From positions 32,001-96,000 of the forward strand of contig JAVRCV020000065.1 of the NCBI GenBank assembly GCA_034530615.2: a stretch of DNA of 64,000 bases, written 5' to 3'. Shown piece after piece: positions 50,731 through 59,556 of this stretch. The notes beneath the pieces were generated by a model. It had not been told where the DNA came from and made no database searches. It was given only the letters and a program-made list of their open reading frames with translations. The position numbers and the translations under genes are program-made. How positions within the stretch are numbered: the first letter of the stretch is position 1; each line of letters begins with the position of its first letter. The stretch is from Aulosira sp. ZfuVER01 (GTDB taxonomy: Bacteria; Cyanobacteriota; Cyanobacteriia; Cyanobacteriales; Nostocaceae).

Positions 50731-50924
50731 GTGACACCACCGTAGCAGAGATTGTCCCAAGCAATCTTTGTCAATTAGTAACCTAGGCTGAACTGAGAAG
50801 ATAATTGACTAATTGTATTTAACGTATTTTATACTACAACAAACATGGTATAGTTAATTTTACATACTTAGAAGTTTTATTACATATTTCTCATCTATTA
50901 ATAAATTTTTGAAGTTACCAAATT

Positions 50925-52337
50925 ATGAAACAACTTTCACTTCGTTATGGTGTATTTATAATTTGCTTTGCCTTATTCTTACTTTATTTAATTACACCAT
51001 CATTTATACCTTGGTTTCCTTTTTTAATAGTTCTAGCCTTTGTGGGATTAACTGTAAAATCTACTATTGACGGTATTAGGCTAAAGAAGGCTTTACTTCA
51101 ACAAATAGATATAATAGAGCAAAAAATTCAGACTGAACTTATTCAGAAAGTTAAAGGTATTAGTAAAAATCAATATGAGAAAATTAATAAAATAGCTTTA
51201 ATAGAAAAAAGATGTAGTGAAAATCAAGAATTAAAAATTTGGGAAAGACATAAGCGCTCTTATCAATTACTTCCCAACTCCCTGTTAGCTCTTGGCTTAC
51301 TGGGGACGTTCTTAGGTATTACAATGAATTTATTCTTAATAAGTAGAAATACTGGTGGTGAACTGCAATTACAAAAAGCCTTACCAGATATTATTGGTTC
51401 AATGGCGATCGCATTCGTCAGTAGCCTGGCTGCATTAGCGGGAAGTGTGTTTCTAACAAAGTTTCACCCTACTTATGATTTAGATTTAGAGAAGGATAAA
51501 CTGCTAATTTCGTTAGAAGATTACCTTGATAATGATTTTTTCCTCTCTCAGAACCAGCCAACTGTGGCAGAAAAAATTGATGTTCTGATCAAGTCTATAG
51601 ACAACTATTCTAAAAGCTTAAACACTTTTATTACAACTCTACCGAAAAATACTCAAGATTTTCAAAATGCTGTAACAGCAGCTTCTAATATATTAAATAC
51701 ATCTGCTAATAATTTTCAGGCTGTAGCAAATCAGTCTTCGCAGTCGATGCAGACAGGCGCTAATGTTTTAAGCAATGCTACTAACAACTTAGTCAGATTA
51801 ACAACAACTTTCTCTGATATCACATCTTCTCTGCGTGACTCGACAAAATCTTTCGACAAAGCGATAGATAAATTAGAAGACTATGCAGATAATCTGCAAG
51901 ATATTGGTAAGGCTTTGGTTAATAACTCTTCACAAATCCAGAGCTTAATTCAAAACAATCAACAAAACTTGAATCAAGTGAGCGATCGCCTGGTGCAAAA
52001 TGCTAATACACTGTCAGCAACTAGCCAATCTTTCAATAATCATGTATCGCAGCTAACAACATCTTTAAGTCAGCACACAGGACAAGTTGGCAACCACAAT
52101 AATAGATTGCAGAGTTTAGCTGGAGTCATTGAAAATACTACACAGTCTTCTAATACAAATATATCTCAAGTAGTATCAGTGTTAAATCAAAATGCGTCGC
52201 TAGTAAGCAACCAAATTAATCAATTACAAAATATAGCAGAGAACATTGATCGGAATGCTCAAACAATGAAGCAAATTCAGACTAATTTTTCTGATTTATT
52301 AAATGCATTAGTACAATTACAAAAAACTGGAGGATAG
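50925..52337 (+). CDS. ZorA-like MotA/TolQ/ExbB channel protein with long helical tail
   Basis: N-terminal hydrophobic segments; LPNSLLALGLLGTFLGITMNL and IIGSMAIAFVSSLAALAGSV TMs; ~290-aa N/Q/S/T-rich coiled-coil-like tail. Confidence 0.75.
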   Translation: MKQLSLRYGVFIICFALFLLYLITPSFIPWFPFLIVLAFVGLTVKSTIDGIRLKKALLQQIDIIEQKIQTELIQKVKGISKNQYEKINKIALIEKRCSENQELKIWERHKRSYQLLPNSLLALGLLGTFLGITMNLFLISRNTGGELQLQKALPDIIGSMAIAFVSSLAALAGSVFLTKFHPTYDLDLEKDKLLISLEDYLDNDFFLSQNQPTVAEKIDVLIKSIDNYSKSLNTFITTLPKNTQDFQNAVTAASNILNTSANNFQAVANQSSQSMQTGANVLSNATNNLVRLTTTFSDITSSLRDSTKSFDKAIDKLEDYADNLQDIGKALVNNSSQIQSLIQNNQQNLNQVSDRLVQNANTLSATSQSFNNHVSQLTTSLSQHTGQVGNHNNRLQSLAGVIENTTQSSNTNISQVVSVLNQNASLVSNQINQLQNIAENIDRNAQTMKQIQTNFSDLLNALVQLQKTGG

Positions 52338-52358
52338 CCTCAATGGAGAAATCGCAAG

Positions 52359-53081
52359 ATGCGTAGAAGAACAAGAAGTTTACCGATGAATGATACTTTT
52401 AGCATCTGGACTTCTTTTACAGACTTAATGTCTAATGCTTTTATGATTATTACCTTGCTTTTATTATTAGTAATAGCTAGAAATTCCAAAAGTAATAATT
52501 CTCAGATATCAACTGGTGTAGATGATAAACCAACAATCATTGAATTGCCAGCAGAAAAATATAATTTTGATTCAGGTAGTGCAGTTTTACCGAATAATTT
52601 GAAAAATGATATTAGTCAGAATGGTAAAAATGGCATAATTTTAAAAGAAATTGAAAATAATATAAATAAAATTGAAAGTAGTAATAAAAAAGTTGATGTT
52701 ATAGAAGTTATTGGACATACCGACGGTGAAGAGGTTGGTTATTTAAAGTGTAGTAATCAAAGGGGTGGTAATTTAGATACAAAGCTAGAAGAAGTCGCTA
52801 CTCGTAATAAAGATGTTTCTATTCTTTGTCCAGGTTCTAATGCTGATTTAGGTTTAATGCGCGCCTTAGCAGTAGTTAAAGAACTGCAAAATGTGCAACG
52901 TCAAAAAAAATCAGGACTTTTCAAACGGCTAAAGTTTCGAGCCTATTCTGCGGCGCAACTACTTCTACCAGATGATCAAGGATTTGCGCCACCAAATAGA
53001 AGCAATAATCCCCAACGTCGGCGGATCGAAATTCGCTTCGCCCAACTGGGTCAGTATAAAACCCCAGGTAATAACCGCTAA
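52359..53081 (+). CDS. ZorB/MotB-like OmpA-domain membrane protein
   Basis: IWTSFTDLMSNAFMII TM with conserved Asp; FDSGSA, IEVIGHTD, NADLGLMRALAV, RRRIEIRF. Confidence 0.8.
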   Translation: MRRRTRSLPMNDTFSIWTSFTDLMSNAFMIITLLLLLVIARNSKSNNSQISTGVDDKPTIIELPAEKYNFDSGSAVLPNNLKNDISQNGKNGIILKEIENNINKIESSNKKVDVIEVIGHTDGEEVGYLKCSNQRGGNLDTKLEEVATRNKDVSILCPGSNADLGLMRALAVVKELQNVQRQKKSGLFKRLKFRAYSAAQLLLPDDQGFAPPNRSNNPQRRRIEIRFAQLGQYKTPGNNR

Positions 53082-53142
53082 TAATAATTAACCTTTGAAG
53101 CTACTTCAATTGGCTCCTGTAAAGTAAAAATATGAAATTATT

Positions 53143-53928
53143 TTACAACTGTTGTGATGTGTTAATAAAATATAATATTTCTTCTCGAGTGTAAGGAGGT
53201 TTACGCATATGAATCATAGCATGACAGTTAGGGCATACAGGACGTAAGTCTTTGATGGGATCAACTTCATATTCTTCTTTTATTTCTGATAGTGGCTTTA
53301 AGTGATGTATCTGTATAAAATCTTTACCGACATCACCATAAAATCTTGCAAAATTAAAGCCACAAATATAGCAACCTAAACCATGTGTAGCTAGGCATTT
53401 CTTACGTGCTTGAGAATTACGTTCATACGTATTAACCATAATTTGAGTAGTTGCACCCTCATAATATTTCTTTGGTTCAGTTACTTCTTCAGCAATCAAA
53501 AAAAGTTCTAACTTTCTTAAGTATCTAAAATTATTGAGAAACTGAGAGATATATTTTTTGGTTTTACCTTGACCGTACTTATATAAATAAAAACCCTCTT
53601 CTTTTTCTTTGATATGTAGCTTCCACTGATCACCATCAACAGTAGGGCAATCGCCCAACCAAAGTAATTCTTTAACAGGCAATACAAAAATTTTTTCGTC
53701 AGTGTCACAAATAAATAAAATAAATAAACCATCATCCTTAAACTTATCAAAATGTCCTTTGGTAATACCAAACCGAAATTCTTGCTTTGGCAAGCTCAAT
53801 TGTGAGTACCGAGGCATGACAAATTGATAATTCCATAACTTATAGATACTTCCACTTTCATGTTGATAATTCTGATCAAGCTCTCGTAAAACTTTTGTTT
53901 GATAGAATTCTGATCTTTCATTTCTCAT
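53143..53928 (-). CDS. HNH endonuclease (McrA-like C-terminus) with unknown N-terminal domain
   Basis: YEG..VNTYERNSQARKKC, CYICGFNF, IQIHHLKPLSE, DLRPVCPNCHAMIH. Confidence 0.87.
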   Translation of the reverse strand: MRNERSEFYQTKVLRELDQNYQHESGSIYKLWNYQFVMPRYSQLSLPKQEFRFGITKGHFDKFKDDGLFILFICDTDEKIFVLPVKELLWLGDCPTVDGDQWKLHIKEKEEGFYLYKYGQGKTKKYISQFLNNFRYLRKLELFLIAEEVTEPKKYYEGATTQIMVNTYERNSQARKKCLATHGLGCYICGFNFARFYGDVGKDFIQIHHLKPLSEIKEEYEVDPIKDLRPVCPNCHAMIHMRKPPYTREEILYFINTSQQL

Positions 53929-54120
53929 ACATCAAGATGTGATATTAATTTTAGCTTTTATTGCATTATTATTGCAAATATAGCTCTATATAGCTACTGC
54001 TCATCTATCGCTCATTCTTAATTAAAATGATTCTCTGTATATGAGTATTACTGTTTTATAAATGATATTATAGGCAATTTATATGAAAGAAAAGGAAGTT
54101 AGTAATCAACTGGAAACAAA

Positions 54121-54156
54121 TTATTTAACTATTGTTTCTGTCCAGTAAACATTCAC
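54121..54156 (-). pseudogene. truncated RelE/ParE-type toxin N-terminus
   Basis: GTG overlaps the upstream TGA (GTGA coupling); reads MNVYWTETIVK* and stops. Confidence 0.5.
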
Positions 54157-54344
54157 TCTGGTAGTCCAAATTTTTTCCGCACTTCTTGTACAGAAATTAC
54201 ATTACTAGCTTTGCTATCTTCAAACCCAGCTTCCACTGTTTGTCGTACATAAATTTGATACATCAAATCATCCCATGTGGAATTTTCTGGTAATCTGTCA
54301 ATTAATTTATGAGCTTCTTGTTTAATCTTGATATTTTTCATCAA
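54153..54344 (-). CDS. small antitoxin-like protein (ParE/RelE partner type)
   Basis: KQEAHKLIDRLPENSTWDDLMYQIYVRQTVEAG.EDS...ISVQEVRKKFG. Confidence 0.72.
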   Translation of the reverse strand: MMKNIKIKQEAHKLIDRLPENSTWDDLMYQIYVRQTVEAGFEDSKASNVISVQEVRKKFGLPE

Positions 54345-54473
54345 TAGTTAACCAAATACTATTCATACAGCTTTGGATATATTGTAGATGCAAAATAGAC
54401 GCGGCATTTCATCTCTACCTATCTTCTAGAAAGGAGGCTTCTGCACTTCTATTATTAACAAAAAATGATTCAA

Positions 54474-54558
54474 CGGAGAGGGGGAGATTCGAACTCCCGG
54501 AGGTTTTAGCCTCATCCGATTTCAAGTCGGACGCAATCGACCACTCTGCCACCTCTCC
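54474..54558 (-). tRNA. tRNA-Ser (anticodon TGA)
   Basis: Reverse complement GGAGAGGTGGCAGAGTGGTCGATTGCGTCCGACTTGAAATCGGATGAGGCTAAAACCTCCGGGAGTTCGAATCTCCCCCTCTCCG; long variable arm, TTCGAAT T-loop, no encoded CCA. Confidence 0.96.
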
Positions 54559-54647
54559 AGTAAACTGTCTAGCTTGTTGCTTACCTGCTAGGTAAACGCT
54601 TTCCTAAGTTAGCACAAAAGCAGACAGATAATACTATATCTCATCAT

Positions 54648-55577
54648 CTACGCAGATTGCACTACTGGACGCGATCGCTCGTAAAAAATTTCCTCTGATA
54701 CTATCTGGTAATCATTCCCTACCCAAACTAAAGAGACTTGTGACACCACACCCGCCTCTAGGGAGACTAGGGAAAAATTACGCTGCTTGTGACCGTGGGT
54801 TTCTACTATCCTGGGTACGCTAGCCGCATTCAAGTAAATTGTCCCTTCTGGGCTTTTCAGGACTGGCTTACGCAGCGTCTTCTTAGTATGTCGTAGGCTA
54901 TGGTGCATATGTCCAAATGTCACCAAAGGAATGGTTTTACCAGCGTTGAGAGCCTGGGAAATTGCTTCGCCAAAATCTGGATCGCCAAAATCGCCACCAA
55001 TGGGGAGCCAGTCTTTGCCACAAGGATCTTCTGGGCGATCGCCTAAGCCACTAGGCCCATTGTGCCCGAGAAAAATAATCGTGTCGTAGGCAGCACTTTT
55101 GACCGCAGCCATAATTCTATTTGCTGATTCTTCCAGATCCGTTACACCGTAACGTTCTTTGCAGATGTCAGCAAATCTCCATTCTGACCCGCCCCAACTA
55201 AAAGGACGACCGCCCACTACCGTTAAATTCCACTGGGGAAAATCTAGCTTGCTGTAACCAACATGGGCATCCCCCAATAAATCGAGTTGTTCCTGTACCC
55301 AGTCTTCCTTAGTGCGGTCGTAGGGACACTTTTTTCGTCCCCATTCTGTGGCAGTGTACCAGGCATCATGGTTGCCCATCACGGCTGCTTTGGGAATGTC
55401 AACAGAAGCGATCGCTCTTACCACTTCCACCGACTCATTGCCAAAATCCCCCACAAACAGGACTAAGTCCACACCCAAATGCTTGAGTGCAATACCATCT
55501 TCTTCTTCCCATTGGTCGTGAACATCGCCAACTACAGCTATTTTGAGGTTTGTTGATTGTGTTATCTCACTGGTCAT
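54648..55577 (-). CDS. devT: DevT-like (TIGR04168-type) metallophosphoesterase
   Basis: GDVHD, FVGDFGNE, GNHD, GHNGP, FGHMHH; start trimmed to MTSEIT. Confidence 0.8.
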   Translation of the reverse strand: MTSEITQSTNLKIAVVGDVHDQWEEEDGIALKHLGVDLVLFVGDFGNESVEVVRAIASVDIPKAAVMGNHDAWYTATEWGRKKCPYDRTKEDWVQEQLDLLGDAHVGYSKLDFPQWNLTVVGGRPFSWGGSEWRFADICKERYGVTDLEESANRIMAAVKSAAYDTIIFLGHNGPSGLGDRPEDPCGKDWLPIGGDFGDPDFGEAISQALNAGKTIPLVTFGHMHHSLRHTKKTLRKPVLKSPEGTIYLNAASVPRIVETHGHKQRNFSLVSLEAGVVSQVSLVWVGNDYQIVSEEIFYERSRPVVQSA

Positions 55578-55659
55578 GCCACTGTCCTTGCCGTCTACTC
55601 TTAGGATAGGCAACTCAGCAGGATTTGGACACAAATTGGCAACATCAAGCTTCTACGAT

Positions 55660-55703
55660 TTTTGGTAAAAACCACTATATTTTTTGGTAAAAACTACTAT
55701 AAT
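55660..55703 (+). promoter_or_regulatory. two tandem NrtR-type operators overlapping a TATAAT -10 box upstream of nadA
   Basis: TTTTGGTAAAAACCACTATAT (55660-55680) and TTTTGGTAAAAACTACTATAA (55682-55702), both GT-N7-AC; TATAAT at 55698-55703. Confidence 0.72.
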
Positions 55704-55747
55704 TGAATCCACAGGTCAAATACTTGCAACCCTAAGCCACCCCTACT

Positions 55748-56722
55748 GTGTTTAACACTGCACTTGCTCAACGAGAAACCACTCATCCGAGTGTACTACC
55801 ACTGGATTTATTTGCCGCTATTGAGAGTCTCAAAAAAGAACTCAACGCGGTGATTTTAGCGCATTACTATCAAGAGCCAGATATCCAGGATATTGCAGAC
55901 TTTATTGGGGATTCATTACAACTAGCAAAAGCCGCAGCTAATACCAATGCAGATGCGATCGTCTTTGCTGGTGTTCACTTCATGGCAGAGACCGCAAAGA
56001 TACTCAATCCTGACAAATTGGTATTGTTACCAGATTTAAATGCTGGCTGTTCTTTAGCAGACAGTTGTCCGGCAGAGGCGTTTGCAGCCTTTAAAGCCGC
56101 CCATCCAGATCATCTCGTGGTTTCTTATATCAACTGCTCTGCCGATATTAAAGCCATGAGCGATATTATCTGCACCAGTTCCAATGCTGTGAAGATTGTG
56201 CAGCAAATACCAAAAGACCAGCCAATTATTTTTGCCCCCGATCGCAATTTGGGGCGCTACGTCATGGAACAAACCGGACGAGATTTGGTGCTGTGGGACG
56301 GTAGCTGCATTGTGCATGAAACCTTCTCGGAAAAGAAAATTGTCCTGTTAAAAATTGCCCATCCAGAAGCGGAGGCGATCGCCCACCCAGAATGCGAAAC
56401 TAGCATCTTGCGCCACGCTAACTATATCGGCTCTACAGCAGCTTTACTCACATATTGTCAAAACAGTTCTGCACAGGAATTTATTGTAGCTACAGAGCCA
56501 GGTATCATTCACCAAATGCAAAAACTAGCTCCCCACAAGCGGTTTATTCCTGCGCCACCAATCAATAATTGTAATTGCAATGAATGTCCCTTTATGCGGT
56601 TAAATACCTTAGAAAAAGTGTATTGGGCGATGAAAAATCGTACTCCTGAAATCACCATGTCTGAGGAGATACGGTTAGCTGCTTTGCGTCCAATGCAACG
56701 GATGTTGGAAATGAGCGTTTAG
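55748..56722 (+). CDS. nadA: quinolinate synthase
   Basis: ILAHYYQ, GVHFMAE, AGCSLA, YINCSA, CIVH, AHPEC, CPFM. Confidence 0.96.
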   Translation: MFNTALAQRETTHPSVLPLDLFAAIESLKKELNAVILAHYYQEPDIQDIADFIGDSLQLAKAAANTNADAIVFAGVHFMAETAKILNPDKLVLLPDLNAGCSLADSCPAEAFAAFKAAHPDHLVVSYINCSADIKAMSDIICTSSNAVKIVQQIPKDQPIIFAPDRNLGRYVMEQTGRDLVLWDGSCIVHETFSEKKIVLLKIAHPEAEAIAHPECETSILRHANYIGSTAALLTYCQNSSAQEFIVATEPGIIHQMQKLAPHKRFIPAPPINNCNCNECPFMRLNTLEKVYWAMKNRTPEITMSEEIRLAALRPMQRMLEMSV

Positions 56723-56736
56723 GTAAGTTTGATAGT

Positions 56737-56768
56737 TTGTAGAGACGCAAAAATTCGCGTCTCTACAA
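56737..56768. terminator. GTAG-type REP/terminator hairpin after nadA
   Basis: TTGTAGAGACGC / GCGTCTCTACAA arms; a related copy lies at 61274-61299. Confidence 0.6.
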
Positions 56769-56888
56769 TTTAATCATCATTGTTTGAGTTTGCTTTATTT
56801 ACTTAGCTCAGTAAAATAGTAGTAGATTAAGTTGGTTTCTCAAAACAATATTTTTTAATCAAGTTAATCGTTAATGAGGGTAAAGTAA

Positions 56889-57305
56889 ATGATGGGCGCA
56901 GTGAGAGTGACAATCAGATTAAAAAATGCAGTTGATGAAGAATTAGTACGTCGCGGCTTACTAGCACCAAATTTACTCCGAGAATGTGAAGTTAAAGGAT
57001 TAGTAGATACAGGTGCAGTTTCTTTAGTAATTCCACTAGAGATGGTAGACCAACTGGGGGTAAGAATTTTAGGACAAAGAGTTGCGCAGTATGCAAATGG
57101 CAATCAAGAGAATATAGGTGTAACTGGCGCCATCATGATTGAATGTCAAGGACGTACAACAATTGATGAGGCGTTAGTTGTTGGTAATGAAGTATTAATT
57201 GGTCAGGTGATTTTAGAAAAATTGGATTTACTGGTGGATTGTAAAAATCAGATACTAATACCAAATCCGGCGAATCCTGATTATCCAGTAGCGATGATTA
57301 AATAA
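56889..57305 (+). CDS. clan AA (retropepsin-like) aspartic protease
   Basis: GLVDTGAVSLVIP and LIGQVILEKLDL motifs; single domain. Confidence 0.85.
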   Translation: MMGAVRVTIRLKNAVDEELVRRGLLAPNLLRECEVKGLVDTGAVSLVIPLEMVDQLGVRILGQRVAQYANGNQENIGVTGAIMIECQGRTTIDEALVVGNEVLIGQVILEKLDLLVDCKNQILIPNPANPDYPVAMIK

Positions 57306-57308
57306 AGT

Positions 57309-57674
57309 TTAATCTAGGGTTTGTAGTAACTGCTTAATTTCTGCAAGTAATACAGTCGGTTCAAAAACTCGCTCTTTGGCTATTAAACTATCATAAATAT
57401 CTTCCCAAATTTCACCGTGTTCTTCCAAATCAAGTAAAACTGCGGTTTTTTTACCCTGTTCATCGATTAAAAATTGAACTGTCAACGGCATTTCTATCTC
57501 TTCTTCCACCGCTGTCCACAGTTCGCCATGTTCTTTTAAGTCAATTAATACAGCAGTATTGTTCCCAAGAAAATTCTTCAGAAATTGGACACCGGAAATT
57601 TGTGTTTCTAAGCCGGAAACTGCTTGATCCTGATTCTCGGTTAAATCCTGAGTAGGCTGCATACTATCCTGCAA
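57309..57674 (-). CDS. hypothetical protein with duplicated antitoxin-like motif
   Basis: Two copies of VQFL....G..TAVL.DL.EHGE.W. Confidence 0.65.
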   Translation of the reverse strand: MQDSMQPTQDLTENQDQAVSGLETQISGVQFLKNFLGNNTAVLIDLKEHGELWTAVEEEIEMPLTVQFLIDEQGKKTAVLLDLEEHGEIWEDIYDSLIAKERVFEPTVLLAEIKQLLQTLD

Positions 57675-57857
57675 GTCAAAGATATTCTTAAAACCTATCG
57701 TATATCTGAAATTTGTTGCTTGATTCAGAAGAAAGCGATCGCCATTTTTTTTCTAATACTTTGTCCAGCTATAGCAATTTTCTCTGCGCTTTCTGCGCCT
57801 CTGTGGTTCGATTTTCATAGATGGGGAAATTTAATTCCCCATCTCTATATGATTCCA

Positions 57858-59063
57858 TTACTGACCCTTCTGAGCTTTTAATTTAGCCGCCTCACTAAAC
57901 TGCTTATATAGTTGAACACGGCTTTTCGCTTCTGGATAGCGGCTATGATTTGCTGGCACCTGACTCATTAAATCCGAAGCCTCTTGCCACTTAGCAGCTA
58001 AAGCCGACCATTGATCTGAAGTTGTGGCTGCTTTACCAGATACAGAACTTTGATTAGCAATCCGCACTGCGGCTGCAAATGGGTCATCCGCCAGGGTAGA
58101 AGTAGTTTTGGTTACAGGCGGTGGAGGAGATGCTTCTGGCTTGTTCGCTGCCGATTTAGAAGCTTCTGCATATTTTTTATAGAGTTGAATGCGGGTTTGA
58201 GCTTCTGGATAGCGGCTGTGGTTTGGTGATACCTTACTCATTAAATCGGAAGCTTGCTGCCATTTAGCCCCTAGTTCTAACCTCTGCTGTGAAGTTGTGG
58301 CTGTTTTACCCAATGCAGAAGCTTGATTAGCAATCCGCACTGCGGCTGCGAATGGGTCATTAGCTGTCTCTTCAATATTTTTATTAGCAGGAATTGAGGC
58401 TTGCAGTTTTACATCGGAAGATTTAAACGTTTCTGTGGAAATTGAGAGTTCCTGTTTACCATCTAACCATGTGTAAGCGCACCAAACCAGTAAAAGAAAG
58501 GGTAAGGATAAACCAGAGACTTTGAGCAGCCCGATTAGGAAGGAACGATTTGGTATATTTTTACTCAGCAGTCTATTTTGAATTTTGTTCCTATTTCTTC
58601 TTCTGAAAACTACAGCTCGCAAAGAATTAGGCTTAGGTAAGCTTACCTGAGCTAGTTCTGTCTTAGACTCTTTGAGCTTTTGAAAATCATCAATTAGTTG
58701 CTGAATAATACTCGGTTGAGGTAAGGTAATTTCCTCTGACCAAAGCAATTGATTATCGCGATCGCGGTAAATTTCCGTCAACCAAAGTAATTGTTGTTCG
58801 CGAACAATGCGACTGTTAATATTCACCCGTCGAATGTTCCGTGGTGCAATAGACTCCAGGATTTGCCTAATTTTTTGCACTATGGTAGATTGCTCTAGCT
58901 GCTCGACTGTAGGTGCCTCACAGAGAAGTTGTAGGACGCCATCAGAAAAAATCGCTCTGGTTCTAACACCAGATGCAACTAGTTTTTCGTTCAATATTTG
59001 AATGATCGCGGCAACGCTACCTTGGTGTGCTTGCCAAGCGATATCGTTTATTCGATCTGCCAT
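57858..59063 (-). CDS. conserved cyanobacterial membrane protein with duplicated C-terminal helical domain
   Basis: DIAWQAHQGSVAAIIQILN N-terminus, one TM, two DPFAAAVRIANQ...KWQ.ASDLMS.V..NHSRYPEA repeats. Start could be 59111. Confidence 0.78.
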   Translation of the reverse strand: MADRINDIAWQAHQGSVAAIIQILNEKLVASGVRTRAIFSDGVLQLLCEAPTVEQLEQSTIVQKIRQILESIAPRNIRRVNINSRIVREQQLLWLTEIYRDRDNQLLWSEEITLPQPSIIQQLIDDFQKLKESKTELAQVSLPKPNSLRAVVFRRRNRNKIQNRLLSKNIPNRSFLIGLLKVSGLSLPFLLLVWCAYTWLDGKQELSISTETFKSSDVKLQASIPANKNIEETANDPFAAAVRIANQASALGKTATTSQQRLELGAKWQQASDLMSKVSPNHSRYPEAQTRIQLYKKYAEASKSAANKPEASPPPPVTKTTSTLADDPFAAAVRIANQSSVSGKAATTSDQWSALAAKWQEASDLMSQVPANHSRYPEAKSRVQLYKQFSEAAKLKAQKGQ

Positions 59064-59556
59064 TTGTAGTTTAGTGATAAATTTGCCACCCTGATTTGTT
59101 AACGTACTCATTATATTTATATAGGCTAGTATGTTTATGCCAAACTTCGCCTCGTTTTTGATTTTATGAGTAAAGCTACAAGGTTGACACATAAAATCTT
59201 AAAAATAAGGACGAAATTCTATCTTTAGACAGAAGTCTTAATCTGCATCAGTTAGTGTAGTCCTGATTTCAGGTAATTGTCCACTTGTTTATAATGGAAC
59301 ATTACCTGTTTGATTACATGATATTTGCTGCTTATCATACAGCGAAAAATTATTTTTTGGAGCGATCGCTATTTACGTAAATATACTATATTTTATGTTG
59401 TAAGTTAAATATTCTCAGAGTCAATACTGAGGGAGCGTAAATGTTCTTTCAATCGTTTTTTCTGTCCTCCGCTCCCTGTTTTCTACCGCTATAAATAAAT
59501 TCACAAATCCAATAGGAGTAGTGAAATTCCAAGGGTGGCAAACCCACCCCTAATAA

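Noticed and set aside
50925..53081. Flagellar stator motA/motB
   Set aside because: Cyanobacteria lack flagella, no flagellar genes are nearby, and the A subunit has a long ZorA-type tail.
50925..53928. Canonical Zorya type II (zorA-zorB-zorE) call
   Set aside because: The HNH gene is on the opposite strand and looks McrA-like; without HMM evidence I do not assign zor symbols.
46953..54473. Prophage/ICE with att duplication of the tRNA-Ser 3' end
   Set aside because: No integrase, phage or conjugation genes, and no convincing repeat of the tRNA 3' sequence found by eye.
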